52,329 nucleotides of DNA from Bacteroidia bacterium (GTDB lineage: Bacteria; Bacteroidota; Bacteroidia; Flavobacteriales; Flavobacteriaceae): assembly GCA_030431085.1 (NCBI GenBank), contig JAUIJW010000001.1, forward strand, positions 1 to 52,329. The letters are read 5' to 3'. The translations under genes were made by a program, and so were the position numbers. Below the pieces are notes generated by a model that saw only the letters and a list, made by a program, of their open reading frames with translations, was not told where the DNA came from and searched no databases. Positions 9,467 to 18,212 of the stretch are shown here, piece by piece (within the stretch, counting starts at the first letter, position 1; the number at the start of each line of letters is the position of its first letter).

Positions 9467-11751
9467 ATTTTAACAATAACAGATTTACTTATAGGGGTAT
9501 GACTTTTGTCTGCAAATTGATCTATAGGAATTAAGGGGTTAGTTTCTGGAAAATAGGCCGCTAAATTACCCTTAGGGATGTTATAAGGTACAACTAAAAA
9601 CCGAGAGACTTTTCTTTCTTTATTGTTATAATGACTAGATAAATCGATAATATCTAATGAATTAAGCTCATAATCCTTCATATCACTTTCATTCATTAGT
9701 ACCACACGTCGTTCATTGTAAATACCTCTGTAACGATCATCTAAGCCATAAATAGTTGTGTTAAATTGATCGTGTGAACGAATGGTCATTAATAAAAACT
9801 CATCTTTTTTTAATTGATGATTCGGTGTTTTGCAGATACTAAATTGGGCCTTTTGATGCGGAAGCATACTAAAGTCTAAATCTCTTACATTATTTGGTAA
9901 GTAAAATCCGCTACCTTTAGATTTTTCATTGATGTGATCAAACCCCTTTAAAGTTTCACTCATTTTTTCACGTAATAAATCATAATCTTTAGAAAGCGTA
10001 TCCCATGCTACAGGATGAGTTTTTCCGAAATAGGTATGCGCAATGCCTCCAATGATTTCTGGTTCACTTTTAAGTTGCTTAGATGCTGGAGGCAATATTC
10101 CTTTTGAGCGATGTACCTTACCCATGCTATTTTCAACCGTAAAATGACGTGGTTTTCCGTAGCGCAGATCCATTTCAGACCGACCTAAAGTTGGTAATAT
10201 CAATGCTGTTTTACCAGCTATAGTGTGACTTCTATTAAGCTTAGTGCTAATTTGTACGGTTAAGTTACATTTTTGAAGCGCTTCTGCCGTGAAAATAGTA
10301 TCTGATGCAGCCGAGACAAAATTTCCGCCTAAAGCGATAAAAACCTTAGCTTTACCAGCATGCATGGCTTGAATACTGTGCACCACATCAACACCTGTTT
10401 GAGTAGGTGCCTCAAAATTAAATACCTGTTTAATGGCCTTATTTAAATGTGGCGATACATAATGCATAATGCCAACAGTTCTGTCGCCTTGTACATTGCT
10501 GTGACCACGAACCGGACACGTACCGGCACCTGGTTTGCCTAAACTACCTTTTAAAAGTAATAAGTTTACGCATGCCTTAATATTTTCTACTCCATTCTTA
10601 TGTTGTGTAAGGCCCATTGCCCAACAAATAATAATTTTATTGTTTTGAGCAAGTAGATCAACCACATCATCAATTAAAGCTTCTTCTACCCCACACAGTT
10701 CAACAAGTTCATTAATGTCTAATTGATCTAGATGTTGGGTCAAGTCCTCGTAACCATGCGTGTATTGGTTGATAAACTCTAAATCAAACACTTGGCCACG
10801 TTGGTCTTGTAATATTTTTAATTTTTTACAGATGGCCTGCAGTAAGCTAACATCTTGATTTATTTTTACTTGTAAATAATAATCGGTAAGCGATTGACCA
10901 TGACCGATAATACCATTAATTTCTTGTGGATTTTTAAAACGAACTAATCCAGGTTCAACAAGAGGATTAATGCTAATTATTTTACCACCATTGGCTTTGC
11001 ACTTTTCTAAAGCCGATAGCATTCTTGGATGATTGGTGCCAGGATTTTGGCCAATAACCATGACCACTTCAGCCTCATCAAAATCTTCTAATTTTACAGA
11101 ACCCTTACCTATACCCAGTGTTTCACTCAGCGCTACTCCGCTTGATTCATGGCACATATTTGAGCAATCAGGCATATTATTGGTGCCAAAAGCTCGAGAA
11201 AATAATCCATAAAGAAAAGCTGCTTCATTACTTGATCTACCCGAGGTGTAAAAAACGGCTTCATCTGGATGGGCTAATTGGTGTAATTCTTGAGCGATTA
11301 AATTAAAAGCCTCTTCCCAAGAGATGGGTTCATAAAACTTTTGATTAGGTTTTAAAACCATGGGTTGGGTAATCCTACCGCTTTTTCCAATACGATAGTC
11401 AGACCATTGAGCAATGTCTTGAATAGAATGTTTTGAGAAAAAAGCAGCATCAACATGTTTGTTAGTGGCCTCTTCAGCTAAAGCTTTAACTCCATTTTCG
11501 CAATATTCTCCTAGCTTAGACCTTTCTTCTGGATCTGGCCACGCACAACCAGGACAATCAAACCCATTCTTCTGATTCATTTTAAATAGCCCTTGTGTAG
11601 ATTTTGTAACACCCATTTCTTTGAGGGCATGTTGTAGTGCTACTTTAACCGCGGGTAATCCGGCGGCGTAAGTTGTGGGTTTTTCAAGTTGAATACCTGT
11701 AAATTTACTCGAGCTTTGATAATTAACTTGTCTTTGGTCTTCCGTACTCAT
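9448..11751 (-). CDS. FdhF/YdeP family molybdopterin oxidoreductase
   Basis: GFDCPGCAW, CENG.KA, YTSGRSSNE, PDCSNMCHE, RGHSNVQGDRT, RSHDQFNTTIYG motifs. Confidence 0.92.
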   Translation of the reverse strand: MSTEDQRQVNYQSSSKFTGIQLEKPTTYAAGLPAVKVALQHALKEMGVTKSTQGLFKMNQKNGFDCPGCAWPDPEERSKLGEYCENGVKALAEEATNKHVDAAFFSKHSIQDIAQWSDYRIGKSGRITQPMVLKPNQKFYEPISWEEAFNLIAQELHQLAHPDEAVFYTSGRSSNEAAFLYGLFSRAFGTNNMPDCSNMCHESSGVALSETLGIGKGSVKLEDFDEAEVVMVIGQNPGTNHPRMLSALEKCKANGGKIISINPLVEPGLVRFKNPQEINGIIGHGQSLTDYYLQVKINQDVSLLQAICKKLKILQDQRGQVFDLEFINQYTHGYEDLTQHLDQLDINELVELCGVEEALIDDVVDLLAQNNKIIICWAMGLTQHKNGVENIKACVNLLLLKGSLGKPGAGTCPVRGHSNVQGDRTVGIMHYVSPHLNKAIKQVFNFEAPTQTGVDVVHSIQAMHAGKAKVFIALGGNFVSAASDTIFTAEALQKCNLTVQISTKLNRSHTIAGKTALILPTLGRSEMDLRYGKPRHFTVENSMGKVHRSKGILPPASKQLKSEPEIIGGIAHTYFGKTHPVAWDTLSKDYDLLREKMSETLKGFDHINEKSKGSGFYLPNNVRDLDFSMLPHQKAQFSICKTPNHQLKKDEFLLMTIRSHDQFNTTIYGLDDRYRGIYNERRVVLMNESDMKDYELNSLDIIDLSSHYNNKERKVSRFLVVPYNIPKGNLAAYFPETNPLIPIDQFADKSHTPISKSVIVKIKKAAQ

Positions 11752-11871
11752 GATTGTTTAAGGTTAGGATCTAGAGGAGTAAAGATATCAATTATTTGAC
11801 ATAACATTCTTAAATACGATACCTTAAATCCGGGCAGAAATTTATAATTTGCATGACTCAAATGTCATCAT

Positions 11872-12948
11872 ATGCAAAAACGTAGTGTAGTCTATATTAA
11901 TGATAATAATTTTAAAACCATTCTTCAATCAAAAGCCACCATGTTGTACACCTTGAAGAATAAGGCAGGAATGGTAGCAGAAATTACTAACTATGGGGCT
12001 AGAGTAGTCTCTTTATGGGTGCCAGATGTCAAGGGTAATTTTGATGATTTAGTCTTGGGTTTCGACTGTATTGAAGATTATGTACATAAAGATAGTAGCT
12101 ATTTTGGTGCCACAGTAGGAAGATATGCCAATAGAATTTCTAAAGCCCAATTTACTATTGATGGTGAAGTTTATCATCTAGCCAAAAATGTTGGAAGTAA
12201 TAGTTTACATGGTGGTGTTAAAGGGTTTCATGCGGTGGTTTGGGATGCTATTCAAACAGAAGAAAATAGAATTGAATTAAGTTATTTTTCTCAACACCTT
12301 GAAGAAGGCTTTCCGGGAAACCTTCAAGTCAAGCTAGTATACACTTTAACAAACGATAATGAGTTAAAGATAGAATATCAAGCAACGACAGACCGTATAA
12401 CAGTAATTAACCTAACACACCATTCCTATTTTAACTTAAAAGGAGCAGGTAAAGGTCAGATCAATGACCATCATTTAACGATTAATGCTAAATATTATAC
12501 TCCGGTTACAGATGAATTAATTCCTACCGGAGAATTAAAATCGGTAAAAAACAGTTGTTTCGATTTTACACAAAGCAAGCTCATAAGTGAACAGCTAAAG
12601 AAAGGAAAAGATGTTTTGGATATTACCCATGGTTTTGATCATAATTATGTGATTGAACGAGGTGATGACGATTTAAATTTCACGGCAAAAGTAGAAGAGA
12701 ATCAATCGGGTAGAGTGATGGAAGTATTTACAGATCAGCCTGGGGTACAATTTTACGGTGGCAATTTTATAGACGAGACCGTAAAATCAAAACGTGGTAT
12801 ATATTATCAAAGACATGGCGGATTGTGTTTAGAAACACAGCACTTTCCAGATAGTCCAAATCAAAGGCATTTTCCAAGTACATTTTTAAAGCCAGAAACA
12901 CAATTTAATAGTGTTACGGTGTATAAATTCTCAACCAAAATAATATAG
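11872..12948 (+). CDS. galM: Aldose 1-epimerase (galactose mutarotase)
   Basis: GATVGRYANRI, LHGG, NLTHHSYFNL, GFDHNY, CLETQHFPDSPN. Confidence 0.93.
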   Translation: MQKRSVVYINDNNFKTILQSKATMLYTLKNKAGMVAEITNYGARVVSLWVPDVKGNFDDLVLGFDCIEDYVHKDSSYFGATVGRYANRISKAQFTIDGEVYHLAKNVGSNSLHGGVKGFHAVVWDAIQTEENRIELSYFSQHLEEGFPGNLQVKLVYTLTNDNELKIEYQATTDRITVINLTHHSYFNLKGAGKGQINDHHLTINAKYYTPVTDELIPTGELKSVKNSCFDFTQSKLISEQLKKGKDVLDITHGFDHNYVIERGDDDLNFTAKVEENQSGRVMEVFTDQPGVQFYGGNFIDETVKSKRGIYYQRHGGLCLETQHFPDSPNQRHFPSTFLKPETQFNSVTVYKFSTKII

Positions 12949-12949
12949 T

Positions 12950-13819
12950 ATGTCTAATAATGCGACACAAAATTTAATTGACCTTTTAACCCTAGATCAA
13001 TTAGACGAAAATGTTTTTATGGGGCAAAATTTTAAAGCGCCGTGGGGAAGGGTGTTTGGAGGTCAGGTACTTGCACAATCTCTCTATGCCGCTTATCAAT
13101 CTGTACCCAGCGATAGGTTGGCACATTCATTACATGGCTATTTTATTTTAGGAGGTGATCTAGAAGCTCCCATTACCTATGAAGTAGATAAAATTAGAGA
13201 TGGAGGTAGTTTTACAACAAGACGCGTGGTTGCACTGCAGAAGGGTAAGCCTATTTTTAATATGTCGGCATCTTTTCAAACTGTTGAACAGGGGGTTGAA
13301 CATCAAAGTTTAATGCCAGATTTGGCTAAACCAGACCAACTAAAAACAGGCTTGCAACAGATTAAAAAACTACTGTGGATAGCTCCTAAAATTCACAAAA
13401 AAATAAAGCAATCCTTTCCAGACGAATTTATTTTTAAACCCGTAAAAAAGGTAACAAAGTTACTACGTAAAAATAATCCACCGTATTTTCACATGTGGCT
13501 AAAAACGAGTCAAGAATTAAAGCTTACGCCAAGAATGCAGCATTTAATGCTAGCTTATGTATCTGATTATAGCTTACTACTTACCAGCTCTTTTCCGCAC
13601 AGAGCGCAACTCAATAAAACGCCAACATTTTATGCCAGTATAGATCATGCCTTGTGGTTTCATAGAGATTTTAATATCAATGACTGGCTTTTATATGCCA
13701 TGGATAGCCCTAGCGCCTCGAACTCAAGAGGATTTTCTAGAGGAAGTATTTTTGATAAAAACGGTAGATTAGTAGCTTCTGTGGCACAAGAAGGGTTAAT
13801 AAGGCAAAAAGAGGGTTAA
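12950..13819 (+). CDS. tesB: Acyl-CoA thioesterase II
   Basis: RVFGGQVLAQ, HSLHGYF, RDGGSFTTRRV, SIDHALWFH, SVAQEG. Confidence 0.94.
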   Translation: MSNNATQNLIDLLTLDQLDENVFMGQNFKAPWGRVFGGQVLAQSLYAAYQSVPSDRLAHSLHGYFILGGDLEAPITYEVDKIRDGGSFTTRRVVALQKGKPIFNMSASFQTVEQGVEHQSLMPDLAKPDQLKTGLQQIKKLLWIAPKIHKKIKQSFPDEFIFKPVKKVTKLLRKNNPPYFHMWLKTSQELKLTPRMQHLMLAYVSDYSLLLTSSFPHRAQLNKTPTFYASIDHALWFHRDFNINDWLLYAMDSPSASNSRGFSRGSIFDKNGRLVASVAQEGLIRQKEG

Positions 13820-13843
13820 TCAACAACATTAGAATAATTAAAA

Positions 13844-13880
13844 AAATAAGCAGTTCTTTTTTGTTGAGAACTGCTTGTTT
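13844..13880. terminator. Bidirectional terminator between tesB and the convergent lipoprotein gene
   Basis: AAGCAGTTCT (13848-57) / AGAACTGCTT (13867-76) stem with A-tract upstream and T-rich tail. Confidence 0.75.
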
Positions 13881-13913
13881 ACAAGGTTTTAATTCTAACA
13901 AGTTAAACCAATA

Positions 13914-14414
13914 TTATTTACTAAAATTAAATGTTGGTTCGGTATCCCTATTAATATCAAATTCTGTTAAAAATTCGCCATTTAGCCAAAGTTTCTTTTT
14001 TATAAGTGTATTAGATGTTCTTTCAAATGTAGTTTCAAATGTATCTCTACTACCATCATCCCACTGTAAAATAGTTTTGGGTTTCGATTCTGTTTCTTTA
14101 GCATTTAAGGTTAGCTTCATTCTATAAAAATTTTCATGGTCATGCTTAACAACCCAAAACATTCTTGGAGCATTCATATTGGGGTCATACATATTTTGCA
14201 ATTCGCCATCTATTTCATAGAACACTCTAATTTTATCAAGATCTAAATGATTTGGATTATTAGGGTTTAATAAATCTTCACCATCAGAATTGATAACGGT
14301 TAAATCAATTCCAACATCTACATAAACGCCTATTAGTTTTGTTTCATCATTATCATCATCGCTATTACAAGCGAATAAAGTTATTAAGGTTAAAAGAATA
14401 AGTAAATTTTTCAT
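13914..14414 (-). CDS. Hypothetical lipoprotein immediately downstream of the C10 protease
   Basis: Lipobox TLFAC followed by acidic NSDDDNDE (lipoprotein export signal-like); 4-nt gap after the protease stop. Confidence 0.75.
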   Translation of the reverse strand: MKNLLILLTLITLFACNSDDDNDETKLIGVYVDVGIDLTVINSDGEDLLNPNNPNHLDLDKIRVFYEIDGELQNMYDPNMNAPRMFWVVKHDHENFYRMKLTLNAKETESKPKTILQWDDGSRDTFETTFERTSNTLIKKKLWLNGEFLTEFDINRDTEPTFNFSK

Positions 14415-14418
14415 GGTA

Positions 14419-15624
14419 TTAAGGTATTATATTATAAATCATTTTTTTATTATTGTTAAAGCCAGTTCCTCCAAATGGGTTAAAATTATCATACATAAAA
14501 TAGCCATCATAATTACCTCCCCACCCCCAATTCATATAGAATCTAGGAATAAATGATGCCCCAGTACAATCTTCATAATAGTAGGTTGTTTGCTTATACC
14601 CATCGCAAACCCACATGTGTCCTTCAACACCATTGTTACCACTTAATATTACAGGACGACCACTGTTAATATTACTTTTTACAGTGTTGTAGTTATAATT
14701 AGACCAAGAGGCATAAGAGTACCCAAATTCATTTTTTAACACAGTAGCCATATTTGCCGAAGCACTTACACCTGTACCTCCACAAAAATATGAAGGTTCA
14801 CCTAGATATTGATTACCGATAGCATCATGAATATCATCAATAAAATTAGCAGTAGTTGTTGATGCAGTACCTGAAGGCATTGCCGACCAATTATAATTTG
14901 TAGGAAACGAATAATATCGCATGACTTGCCCCATTGCTATGGGCACACAGCCAGCATAAACTTGAAAAGAAGATCCATAACATGTGATGAAAGGAAGGGC
15001 ACTATTGTAGCCACTTAATTGATCCCATGTAGAATCCATTAAAGGCCCTACAGTAATAGTTTCAGTGCGATCTTCGCATTTTTCTTCTGGCTCTTTTGCA
15101 AAAACACTTTGTGTTGAATTGGCAATGGCGTTTTCAACTTCCTGCCAAGCAATTTTGTTTAATTCAGATTGAACAATGTTAGAGCTTTGAATTTCAGTAA
15201 TTTGTTTTTGAGCATCCTCCATCCACATTTTCAAACCGGGAGGGTATGATTCATTCTCAACAACAAAACCTCCTTTTTCTGAAAACGCAAGAATAGGTTC
15301 AGTTCTTTTATCTGATGAAAGTATGATAAAACCACCTTCATTATAATTTATAATATAGAAAGAAGTTTTACCTTTTTTATTTTTAACTTCATTCATTTTT
15401 TTAACTGTTCGTTTTGAATTTTTAAATTTACCTTTAAAGGATTCATTGTGTTTACCTTTAAAGTTAATGTTATTTGCTATTTTCTTTGCATAGTCTAAAG
15501 ATACAAAATTATCTTGTTGGCTTAAATTGATATTCTCAATATCATCGTTTTCGGAGCATGCGTATGAAAACAACAATATAAATGTTAAAAATATTAATAA
15601 CAATTTAGTGTTGATTTTTTTCAT
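14419..15624 (-). CDS. Peptidase C10 (streptopain/SpeB family) lipoprotein with Spi/I69 prodomain
   Basis: Lipobox SYAC; prodomain GGFIILSSDKR..PILAFS; catalytic Cys AGCVPIAMGQVM, His GHMWVCDGY, MNWGWGG. Confidence 0.93.
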   Translation of the reverse strand: MKKINTKLLLIFLTFILLFSYACSENDDIENINLSQQDNFVSLDYAKKIANNINFKGKHNESFKGKFKNSKRTVKKMNEVKNKKGKTSFYIINYNEGGFIILSSDKRTEPILAFSEKGGFVVENESYPPGLKMWMEDAQKQITEIQSSNIVQSELNKIAWQEVENAIANSTQSVFAKEPEEKCEDRTETITVGPLMDSTWDQLSGYNSALPFITCYGSSFQVYAGCVPIAMGQVMRYYSFPTNYNWSAMPSGTASTTTANFIDDIHDAIGNQYLGEPSYFCGGTGVSASANMATVLKNEFGYSYASWSNYNYNTVKSNINSGRPVILSGNNGVEGHMWVCDGYKQTTYYYEDCTGASFIPRFYMNWGWGGNYDGYFMYDNFNPFGGTGFNNNKKMIYNIIP

Positions 15625-15698
15625 GATTTTGATTTGAAATATTAAAATGAATAAATAATGTATGAGCCATAAATATAGAAATTAAATTGTAAGAAAAG

Positions 15699-15741
15699 AC
15701 TCATGGTTTCTAGGTATTTCACCTCCCTAAAAACCATGAGT
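15699..15741 (-). promoter_or_regulatory. 16-bp leader hairpin (terminator/attenuator-like) upstream of the C10 protease
   Basis: ACTCATGGTTTCTAGG (15699-714) / CCTAAAAACCATGAGT (15726-741). The single mismatch is a G-U pair on the minus-strand RNA, which continues CUUUUCUU. Confidence 0.6.
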
Positions 15742-15916
15742 TAACCTCTAGAAATTCGTATAAAATGAAAAACATGATCAATGTCATATTCTTAAAGAGC
15801 AATAACAATGATAGAGAAATTGAGAAAACTGCTACTGTGTGATGGTGTTCTATTACAGAAATTGGAAAATGGTAGCTTTTAGGTATTTTAGAATTGAAAC
15901 AGTAATTATAGAAGTT

Positions 15917-15935
15917 TGACACCGATTATGACACC
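15917..15935. repeat. TGACACC direct repeat (12-bp period) next to the ssrA 3' end
   Basis: TGACACC-gatta-TGACACC. Confidence 0.6.
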
Positions 15936-15944
15936 TTAAAAACA

Positions 15945-15969
15945 AAAACCCTTTTAAATAAAGGGTTTT
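15945..15969 (-). terminator. ssrA terminator hairpin
   Basis: AAAACCCTTT-taaat-AAAGGGTTTT, 12 nt past the tmRNA 3' end, with a U-rich tail on the minus strand. Confidence 0.75.
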
Positions 15970-15981
15970 AGGAGATATTTG

Positions 15982-16388
15982 TGGAGATGGAGGGACTCGA
16001 ACCCTCGTCCAAACAAGCAACTAAATTATTTTCTACATGTTTAGTTTTTGTTCAATTGTAGGCTTAAAACCGATCAAAAACAACCTATTTTAAACTTAGC
16101 TTTTTAAGTGTCGAAACACAACCAAAGCCTTTGTGTTTCTAGGTTTATTTTTACGATGCCTCTATCTCGATAATTATCGAGGAGAACGCCATAAACCAAG
16201 GCTTTCAAGAGACATTTAGCTTTCTGCCCTAGGCAGACGAGGCTCTATCTTACTATAATTCGGATTAAGCAGCTAAAGCGTAATTATTTTCGCCGTTTAT
16301 AAAAGTGAAATCGATTTTTACGAGTGCTATTTCAAGGCTCGACATGCTTATAATTTAACTGATCTTGCTGTCAAAACCAGTCATCCCC
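15982..16388 (-). ncRNA. ssrA: tmRNA (transfer-messenger RNA), ~407 nt; tag reading frame 16265-16294 encodes (A)GENNYALAA*
   Basis: 5' GGGGATGACTGGTTTTGACAGC; 3' GGACGAGGGTTCGAGTCCCTCCATCTCCA (T-arm). Acceptor stem GGGGATG/CATCTCC has the G3-U70 Ala identity pair; full CCA not encoded; tag ends in ALAA. Confidence 0.96.
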
Positions 16389-16412
16389 AATATGTTAAAG
16401 AACTAAAGGCTG

Positions 16413-16420
16413 CAAATGTA
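16413..16420 (-). promoter_or_regulatory. -7 promoter element of ssrA
   Basis: TACATTTG on the minus strand, 24 nt before the mature 5' end. Confidence 0.65.
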
Positions 16421-16548
16421 ATAAATCTTATTAACCTCATAAAATAACAACCAGTTAATTACTTCGCAAAAGCCATACCAATTCGTAAATTTTAAGTCAT
16501 TTATAGTATCTTCGTGAAAATTTGTCAGACATATCTAGCATCATCATT

Positions 16549-17754
16549 ATGAAAATTGCCATTATCAAAGAAAGAAAGAACCCTCCAGATAAAAGAGTTG
16601 TTTTTTCACCCCTAGCCTGTAAGCAATTGTTAGCACAATACCCTGATCTTGAGATCGTGATTGAAAGCTCGGAGGTTAGAGCTTTTGAGGATGCAGAATA
16701 CCAAAAAGAAGAACTTTTTGTGAGCACCGATGTTAAAGACTGTGATGTCATGATTGGTGTAAAAGAAGTGCCTATTGAGGCATTAATCCCGAATAAAAAA
16801 TATTTTTTCTTTTCGCACACCATAAAAAAACAACCTTACAATCGCAATTTGTTAAGAGCCATTTTAGAGCAACAAATTGAGTTGTATGATCACGAAGTTT
16901 TAACCAATGAAAATGGGGAAAGGGTGGTTGCGTTTGGAAGATATGCCGGAATAGTTGGAGCCTATAATACCATAAGAGCATATGGTCTAAAATACCAATT
17001 ATTTGCATTGCCGAAGGCAGAAACATTAGAAAGTCAAGAGGCACTCATTGCAGAGCTAAATCAAATAGCATTACCCAATATAAAGATTGTTTTAACAGGT
17101 AGAGGTAGGGTATCTAATGGTGCTAAAGAAATGTTAGTGGCTATGGGGTTAGAACAAGTGTCAGTGCCTCAGTTTTTAAATAATAGATTTGATACGCCAG
17201 TGTTTTGTCAATTAGATGTACTCGATTATAATATAAGAAAGGATGGCAAAGTTTTAGATAAAAGTGATTTTTTCAAGTATCCAAATGAGTATGAAAGTAA
17301 TTTTTTAAGATTTGCTAAAGTGGCCGACGTATTTATTGCCGGACATTTTTTTGGAGAAGGTTCTCCCTATTTGTTTAAGCGCAATGACGCCAAGCTGAAA
17401 GATTTTAATATAAGGGTAGTAGGAGATATTAGTTGTGATATTGATGGTCCTGTAGCTTCTACTATTAGAGCCTCAACCATTGCAGATCCCATTTATGGTT
17501 ACGATCCAAAACTAGAGCAGGAGGTAGATTTTATGAAAAAAGAGGCTATCGCTGTAATGGCTGTAGATAATTTACCTTGCGAATTACCTAAAGACGCATC
17601 CATCGGATTTGGCGATAGTTTCGCTAAATATATTATTCCAGCTTTTTTTAATGGAGATAAAGAAGGTATTTTAGAAAGGGCCAGAATGACCTATCGAGGT
17701 AAGTTAACACCTAGGTTTTCTTACTTGCAATCTTATGTAGATGGAGTAGAGTAA
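16549..17754 (+). CDS. Saccharopine dehydrogenase / lysine-ketoglutarate reductase-like NAD(P) oxidoreductase (AlaDh/PNT superfamily)
   Basis: MKIAIIKERK.PPDKRV, GVKEVP, FFSHTIKKQPYN, AFGRYAGIVG, DISCD, MAVDNLPCELP. The ATG at 16549 is a better start than the TTG at 16522. Confidence 0.85.
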   Translation: MKIAIIKERKNPPDKRVVFSPLACKQLLAQYPDLEIVIESSEVRAFEDAEYQKEELFVSTDVKDCDVMIGVKEVPIEALIPNKKYFFFSHTIKKQPYNRNLLRAILEQQIELYDHEVLTNENGERVVAFGRYAGIVGAYNTIRAYGLKYQLFALPKAETLESQEALIAELNQIALPNIKIVLTGRGRVSNGAKEMLVAMGLEQVSVPQFLNNRFDTPVFCQLDVLDYNIRKDGKVLDKSDFFKYPNEYESNFLRFAKVADVFIAGHFFGEGSPYLFKRNDAKLKDFNIRVVGDISCDIDGPVASTIRASTIADPIYGYDPKLEQEVDFMKKEAIAVMAVDNLPCELPKDASIGFGDSFAKYIIPAFFNGDKEGILERARMTYRGKLTPRFSYLQSYVDGVE

Positions 17755-17755
17755 T

Positions 17756-17974
17756 ATGCAGCCAGATCCAAAATTTATTGAAAAAGTTGCTAATGCCAAA
17801 ATGCCATTTGGTAAGTATAAAGGTTATTATTTAATTGATTTACCCGAATATTATTTGGTGTGGTACCGCAACAAAGGCTTTCCAAAAAATAAATTAGGAT
17901 TAATGATGGAATCTGCTTTTGAAATTAGGAGAAACGGATTAGAAGACCTAGTTAAAAGACTTCAAAATAAATAA
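17756..17974 (+). CDS. DUF3820 family protein
   Basis: MPFGKYKG..LIDLPE.YL.W...KGFP...LG...NGL pattern. Confidence 0.85.
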   Translation: MQPDPKFIEKVANAKMPFGKYKGYYLIDLPEYYLVWYRNKGFPKNKLGLMMESAFEIRRNGLEDLVKRLQNK

Positions 17975-18212
17975 GTCATTGTTGGGATTTGACGTTTTTT
18001 TATTACGATAAATATGCTTTTTAAGATAAAAATTGTTTGATAAGTAAAGAACAATCCTTAATTAGAGGATATCTAAGTCCGCTATATAGCGAAAAGAGCA
18101 TTAAAAAATATTAACTATGATTTGTTAATAATTTAAAAGATTTTATTTCCAAACCACCTTAGTTTTCTACTAAATTTAAAACTCATTATTTAATCAAAAT
18201 TTTAGGGGAACT

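Noticed and set aside
11872-12948. galM as part of a PUL with the first SusCD or the mucin locus
   Set aside because: Separated from that SusCD by a terminator and an opposite-strand gene, coupled to tesB, and ~12 kb from the mucin locus; no evidence of linkage.
13820-13913. Searched for a duplicated ssrA 3' end (attL/attR) bounding an island
   Set aside because: No copy of TGGAGATGGAGGG or similar seen, so no intact integrative element is called.
15719-15922. 67-aa minus-strand ORF between ssrA and the C10 protease
   Set aside because: GTG start, no recognisable motifs, and it runs into the leader hairpin; no integrase-like residues. Probably spurious.
15982-16015. tRNA-like T-arm and acceptor sequence
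   Set aside because: It is the 3' tRNA-like domain of tmRNA, not a separate tRNA.
16522-16548. TTG-start N-terminal extension of the saccharopine dehydrogenase-like ORF
   Set aside because: The family N-terminus begins at MKIAII (ATG 16549), and a promoter-like TATCTTCG lies at 16507-16514.
17975-18212. Cobalamin riboswitch upstream of the B12-dependent RNR
   Set aside because: No B12-box or conserved GGGAA/GCCACTG arrangement; the region is very AT-rich.
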